Below are positions 59,101 to 64,000 of a stretch of DNA of 64,000 nt, piece by piece. Within the stretch, counting starts at the first letter, position 1, and the number at the start of each line of letters is the position of its first letter. Origin of the DNA: Lingula anatina (Eukaryota; Animalia; Brachiopoda); assembly GCA_051362555.1 (NCBI GenBank), contig CM120640.1, positions 35,545,967-35,609,966 of the forward strand. The letters are read 5' to 3'. Position numbers and translations under genes: made by a program. Under the pieces are notes generated by a model that saw only the letters and a program-made list of their open reading frames with translations, was not told the origin of the DNA and searched no databases.

Positions 59101-60560
59101 GCATTATTTGGATTGTTACATCAGCCTGTTTGCTGTAGACAGCGCACTTCAAGCAGATTTTACCGCCAGGTTTGCAGCACTGGGGCGATTGTGTCTTAAC
59201 CCAGCCAAGCTTAATCAATTGGAACTTCAAAGACTTACTTTCAGCTTTGGTTTTGCCTGGAGAAAAGAGTTCTCATTGATTATTGATAGGGTTTTTTTGT
59301 ACTGTATTTTTATAGATTTTTAATAAGAGATTTTATGATTGGTTGATAATGGCCATTGACAGTTTAGGAGTGTCCAGTAGTGGAAATTAATTTTTTTTTT
59401 TTTTTAATTTATAAGTCTATGAAGTTCATTGATGTATGAGAATTTATTTTCTAGGAAGAGTGCAAGGGTTGAAAGTGATTCACGTGTACCGAAGCCTTTT
59501 GTGTGTACATCAGTCAGGATTACGCTTTCAAACTGTTAGCCCAGCAGATGTAAAGGTTTAGGATCAAGTATATTTATGCAATGAAATAATCTTCTTAAGG
59601 GGATTTGATATGTTATAAAGTCAGATATTTGAAGAAATAACTGTTTCTATTAAAAAAAAAGCATGATCTTTGATATTCAAGATTCCACAAAAATTTCTCA
59701 AATTTACTTTTATAATTTCCTTTTTTCTCATTCCCTGCACTTTTAGATTCATTTCATTGTAACATTGTTATTGACTTGTTGCTCTCCTGCATTTGGGCTT
59801 AGATCTCCTTTTTACATTTATCATTATCATAACAACAACGCAGCACAAAGGCTATCACCTGCAATGGGAGGATCTGTTTTTTTCTTTGCATGCGAAGCTC
59901 TCTAAGTCTCCGCCAAACTGTACTAAACGTAGAACATTTCTTTGATTTATCTGTAAGAACAGATGGTTCTTTGATTTCTTCCTTGTTTTACATCCCTTTG
60001 AACTTGTGTGTGTGTGAAATGTCATATCACTATGGAGTCTGGATGCCTGGTGCAGGTGTGCTGTACAGCCCTGCCCAGTTCTAGGTTTTTTTCCCATCCC
60101 GAGATTCGTGTTTTGACTCAATTTTTGTCATCCAAAAGGGTACATATGAACTGATGAAGTTCAGTTTTTATAAGAGAGAAAACTAGGGTATATTATGTGC
60201 ATTTTAACAAAAATGCTGCAGCTATTTTGCACACTTGTATATGAAGATATGTTGCATATGAACAGCTGTTGATAAACATTAGTTACTGCTATTTTGCATG
60301 TATTTTTATTAATTTGTCCACAATGCAGGGCATTGTTTTAACATGGTTTCTTTTCTTTTACTTTTGTGTATTCCTACAGTGCATTAGTTACTGGTTGCAA
60401 ATGTGTATCCTGTATAGAAATACTGGCCAATTTTATTCTTGATCTTTGCTAAGGTTCATTTCTTTTTAACAATCCCAAAAGTGCCACCTTGCCCATGAGG
60501 GTACACTTATTTTATAAATGGTTGACTTTACATTCATATTATTTCAGATGGCGAAGATGA
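44156..60560 (+). CDS. NLE1: Notchless homolog 1 (NLE domain plus WD40 repeats; 60S biogenesis factor, Rsa4 ortholog), 13 coding exons
   Basis: Exons 44156-44293 ([37 protein letters not shown]), 44718-44938 ([34 protein letters not shown]), 45273-45352, 45747-45823, 46574-46671, 46924-46960, 49381-49536, 49785-49920, 50219-50265, 50563-50765 ([15 protein letters not shown]), 54678-54837, 55458-55528 ([23 protein letters not shown]), 60548-60560 (IWRR*). Confidence 0.95.
47079..49216. mobile_element. Non-autonomous Tc1/mariner-pogo-like DNA transposon (TA TSD), 2.14 kb, with internal GC-richer tandem array
   Basis: TA-CGGTAAAGTCTTGAAAATTTCGTCG ... CGATGAAATTTTCAAGACTTTACCG-TA. Internal TIR-like motifs GACGAA.TTTTCAAA near 47183, 49101 and 49144. 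Degenerate ~220-310-bp units built from GCGAACGATCT sub-repeats at ~47550-48660. Confidence 0.85.
56397..56588. repeat. Perfect inverted repeat around (TA)n, followed by a 65-bp local copy of an NLE1 exon/intron junction
   Basis: TAAAGAGAAATCCCTTAGAGTTTTGTTACATTATTTCCCTAATATA.. and its exact reverse complement ending at 56522. 56524-56588 repeats 55515-55580. Confidence 0.9.
56729..56909. mobile_element. ~180-bp MITE-like element
   Basis: Imperfect terminal IR TGGCTCTACAAAGCCA..AATATGGC / GCCATATT..TGGTTTTGTAGAGCCA with a GC-richer interior. No clear TSD. Confidence 0.45.
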
Positions 60561-62511
60561 GGGTAGATGATTAAAGAGAAAATGGCAAGAGGGAAGCTGC
60601 TCAATACATCATAACAGAGCCCGGGAGAAATCCAATCAAAGAACCGTGTGCTGTTTAACATGCAATCTTCACCCAAGGAACAATTTGTGCATGATGTCTT
60701 TCTTGATTAAGGGTTCTTTTGTAAATGGCTGTCACATTAAAAAACGCCTTTCTTATGTCTATCTGGAAGTTGACACATGTTAATGGTGTATCTTCTTTGA
60801 AATGTACTGGTAGAGTCATGAAAAGTTTTTCTCTTTAAGTTAGAAAAGTTCTGTTTTGCCTTTGTGCAGATGATTTTTATACAGATAAAACATCTTTTTG
60901 GACATATTATGTGAAGCTCAGACTGAAACCTGTGAATAAAAAAAAACATATTGTTGCTTGGAACATATTTCACTTGAGATGATACAGTAATGACATCAGA
61001 CAAAAGTTTTCTAATTATGCATAAAAAGGAGCATTGTATTATCCTTTTATTTTGGTGATAAATTTATAATTGGAAGGTATTTTTCAAACCTGTACATTTT
61101 GTATCAGCATGCAGAAGGTTAGCTTATTTGGGGTTTGTAGTAAACTATATTGATTGAATAACATGGCATCATAATCAACTCGACGTATAAATTAAAAGAT
61201 AGAGCCCACCACCCTAACAATATACTTATTGAATGAGCCTGATCCAGATTTCAAGACACTGCCCCTATTGATCCTAGTGCTAACATACCTTTGGTCCAGT
61301 ACAATCCATGAAAAAGTGTCCTAGTTATTAATTTATTCACAAGCATGCTATTTTTGATTTCTGCCACTGAGGTTTTAAAGGTTTTTGGTCTTGCAAAGTT
61401 TTATCTGATACGTGTATTGACTTTGATCTGGCATGATTGATTGGTAGATTTAAAGGCTAGTTATTGGGAGGTCTTTGAAGTCGTAGACTCCCTGTTACAC
61501 CAGGGTTAATTAAGACCCTGACAATTAGTGAATTATATTTAATATTTGTTGATACCCTGCCCTCTGGGTGTTTTAACTTTTAATCGATTGAAAGTCAGTG
61601 TGACATCATCCTTGTAGAGTTCAAACAAAAAATAATCTTCAATTTTATATTTTGTTTGTTTATTGATTATATCAAATGGGGCAACAAAATGTAGCTGTTG
61701 GAGGTTTTTAAACTAAAATAAACAAAACCTCAAAGATATCTTTTTCATTTTTAACTATCCTTTGATCTTTTACATTTAATGTTTAATTTGGTGCTTTCAC
61801 ATTTAATGCCTAATTTGTAGATGGCTAAATACCAGATAAAGGATGTAGACTCAATTAATCAAATTTACTGGATAAAAGAACTTAAAAGTACAGCCGTGAA
61901 AAAATGATCATGATCTTTTGTAATCAATGAGTATTATAGGACTCTGCTTATGGCTGGTTTCACAATCATAATTCACCACCTCCTGCTGAGTCTTTAACTG
62001 TTTCTGTCTTTAACCATTCTTTTTAAGGCATCGTTAACTTTGATATAATGTTATTTAATGGACAAGTGAGCAATAGTTGGCTTGAATGATCTTAACCTAA
62101 AACTTGTCACAAAGTTTGCGTTCAATTAGAAAAAAATACACGATTTATTATGGGAAATGTACACAGAGAAATGCACTGTAAATCCTCACGCTTTAGGAAT
62201 TGGTGACAATTATTAAAATGTCATGATTTCCTAAATTCATAGTAGTGGAAAATGTTGTGGTTTCATATGAACCAAGAAGAGATCTGTTAAAGGCTATGAA
62301 TTATTCATATATGTGTGTTTGTCTGTGTGTGTTGATGTAATGTGTGTATATGAATAAGTTATTGTAATGTTGAACTTAGACAAAAGACATTGTTGAACCA
62401 AATGAGTAAGTAGACTGTATGTAATCCAGCTTAATGTTCCTCATTATTTAAAAACTGCTCTTATGTGCAGTTGTATGTGTTGGATGCATACGTTTGAAAA
62501 TTATTCTGTTT

Positions 62512-62517
62512 AATAAA
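62512..62517 (+). terminator. Candidate NLE1 polyadenylation signal
   Basis: AATAAA about 2 kb after the NLE1 stop, following a UG/U-rich 3'UTR-like stretch. Other AATAAA hexamers (e.g. near 60935) are also possible. Confidence 0.35.
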
Positions 62518-64000
62518 AACAATATACAGAAGATCATTTGGGTCTATGTAACATATCTTATGAGTGTTGAAAACTATGCATAGCATTCATAACTTCATTG
62601 ACTTAAACTGGAAATAGTCTAGAGACCACCTGATTACTTACTATGGGATTTAAGACATGAGGGTTTGTTGGGAGGGGGGGGGGCATATATGAACTATGTC
62701 TGATTTCACTCACAGCAGTACTAAACTTGCCTGCTAAAATATAATTTCAGTATTTTTGAAAATGCTGAGTTGGGATTATTATGCTGTATAAAATTTGATG
62801 TCATGTGAACTGATTGATAATTTGATGAAATTAATTTGACAGAAATAGTCATTGACCGAGATTACGTGTGCTCCTCCTCTCTTCAGTGCTAGTGTGACCA
62901 CCAGAGAGAGGGTCCATAACTCCTCACATCACCGTCAAAAATTTCCTAATTGACTTGTAAGATTTAACTGCTGGTGAACAATATGATTATCTAACTTCAA
63001 TTTTGTACAAATAATTTATTTCAAAGGTTGGTCAAGATTACATGTACTCCTCCCTATTTGACCACCAGAGTGACCATTAGGTGGCCACCAGGGAGTCACA
63101 CGTGATTTAAACCATTCATTGGTCACTCCCTGGGGGCATTGGAGCAGATAATTGTATTAAGCCTTGGGTATATATTTCTTTCATTGACCAGTAGTGACCA
63201 AAAAGTCTGGCCACACAATCATCAATCCATCATGGTGGTCATTGGTCAGTTGTGTACGGAACACACTGATTTAATCATCCACTAACTTTCAGAAGTTTCA
63301 CTTAATTATCTCATCAACTGGGTTTGATTTTAAAACAACAGTTCAAAGGGCTAGTTAATCAATATATTAGTTAGAGCCATGCTTGTGGCATATCAATATT
63401 ATTATCGAGATTTCATTTGAAAAGTAAGAATGTTTGCTGAAAATAATCTGCTTGAAATTTAAGCTTATTTTCTTCTAAACAAATTTTCAGTGGGGAAAAA
63501 ATAAGAAACAAAAATAAGATGCTCACCACAAAGAAGGAAATGTTTCCAATGAATAGTAGTAATGAGTGCCTAAGTGGTGTGTGTCTGTTAATTAGGCCTT
63601 ACTTCATTGTGTGCCCTGTTAATTAAAAGTAAACACCGACTTTCCTTTCACTTAATCAGTAACAAGACACCCCTGTGGCATGTTGGTTTGAAATTAAATT
63701 AATTTATTAAGTTTGGGTTGATAATTAGTACTAAGGATCGGGCTTTTTGATGCAACAATCCCAGAGTCTATCAGACGCCAAGGGTTGGACTTTCTGGACA
63801 GGCTAATATTTAAGGTCACAGAATTTTAAATAGTAATAACTCTAGCAAAGATTATAGATTCAATGTAAAACTTGATACTCTTTGTTGTAACATTTAAACC
63901 CATTGTAAATTGGGGTTTAGGACAAAAATAAAAATAAATAAATGTAATTGTTATTAGTAAAGCAATACTGAAATTTATCATTATAAAACAATTTCTATGT

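Noticed and set aside
62880-63260. Recurrent TGACCACCAG/TGGTCA motifs
   Set aside because: Probably a decayed repeat, but neither termini nor period could be defined.

Overview
AT-rich, intron-rich animal genomic DNA, probably from an invertebrate (lophotrochozoan/mollusc-like by gene and repeat content; inferred). It is not prokaryotic, so most ORF-track entries are exon fragments or noise. I assembled five spliced housekeeping genes by hand from splice sites and protein similarity: a single-domain hexokinase (-, 1414..5871), POLR3B/RPC2 (+, 28 coding exons, 8352..35780), TMED2/p24-beta (+, 36824..40135), MRPL18 (-, 40985..43238) and NLE1/Notchless (+, 44156..60560). They form two head-to-head pairs (HK/POLR3B, MRPL18/NLE1) and one tail-to-tail pair with facing poly(A) signals (TMED2/MRPL18). 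The best finding is in TMED2: two tandem, intact, diverged 108-nt copies of the coiled-coil exon (probably mutually exclusive exons), with a G-tract and an AG|GTAAGT site between them and a possible extra 78-nt cassette exon upstream. POLR3B has an 18-nt microexon and a GC-AG intron. Its 11.7-kb first intron is a nest of transposons: a 5.1-kb Mutator/Foldback-like element with ~330-bp TIRs and a 9-bp TSD, Kolobok-like TTAA MITEs, Helentron-like elements with internal satellite arrays, and a Gypsy pol relic split by a Helentron-like element carrying SGNH-esterase-like cargo. Coordinates were counted by eye and may be off by a few bases. Family assignments come from recalled motifs, not database searches.
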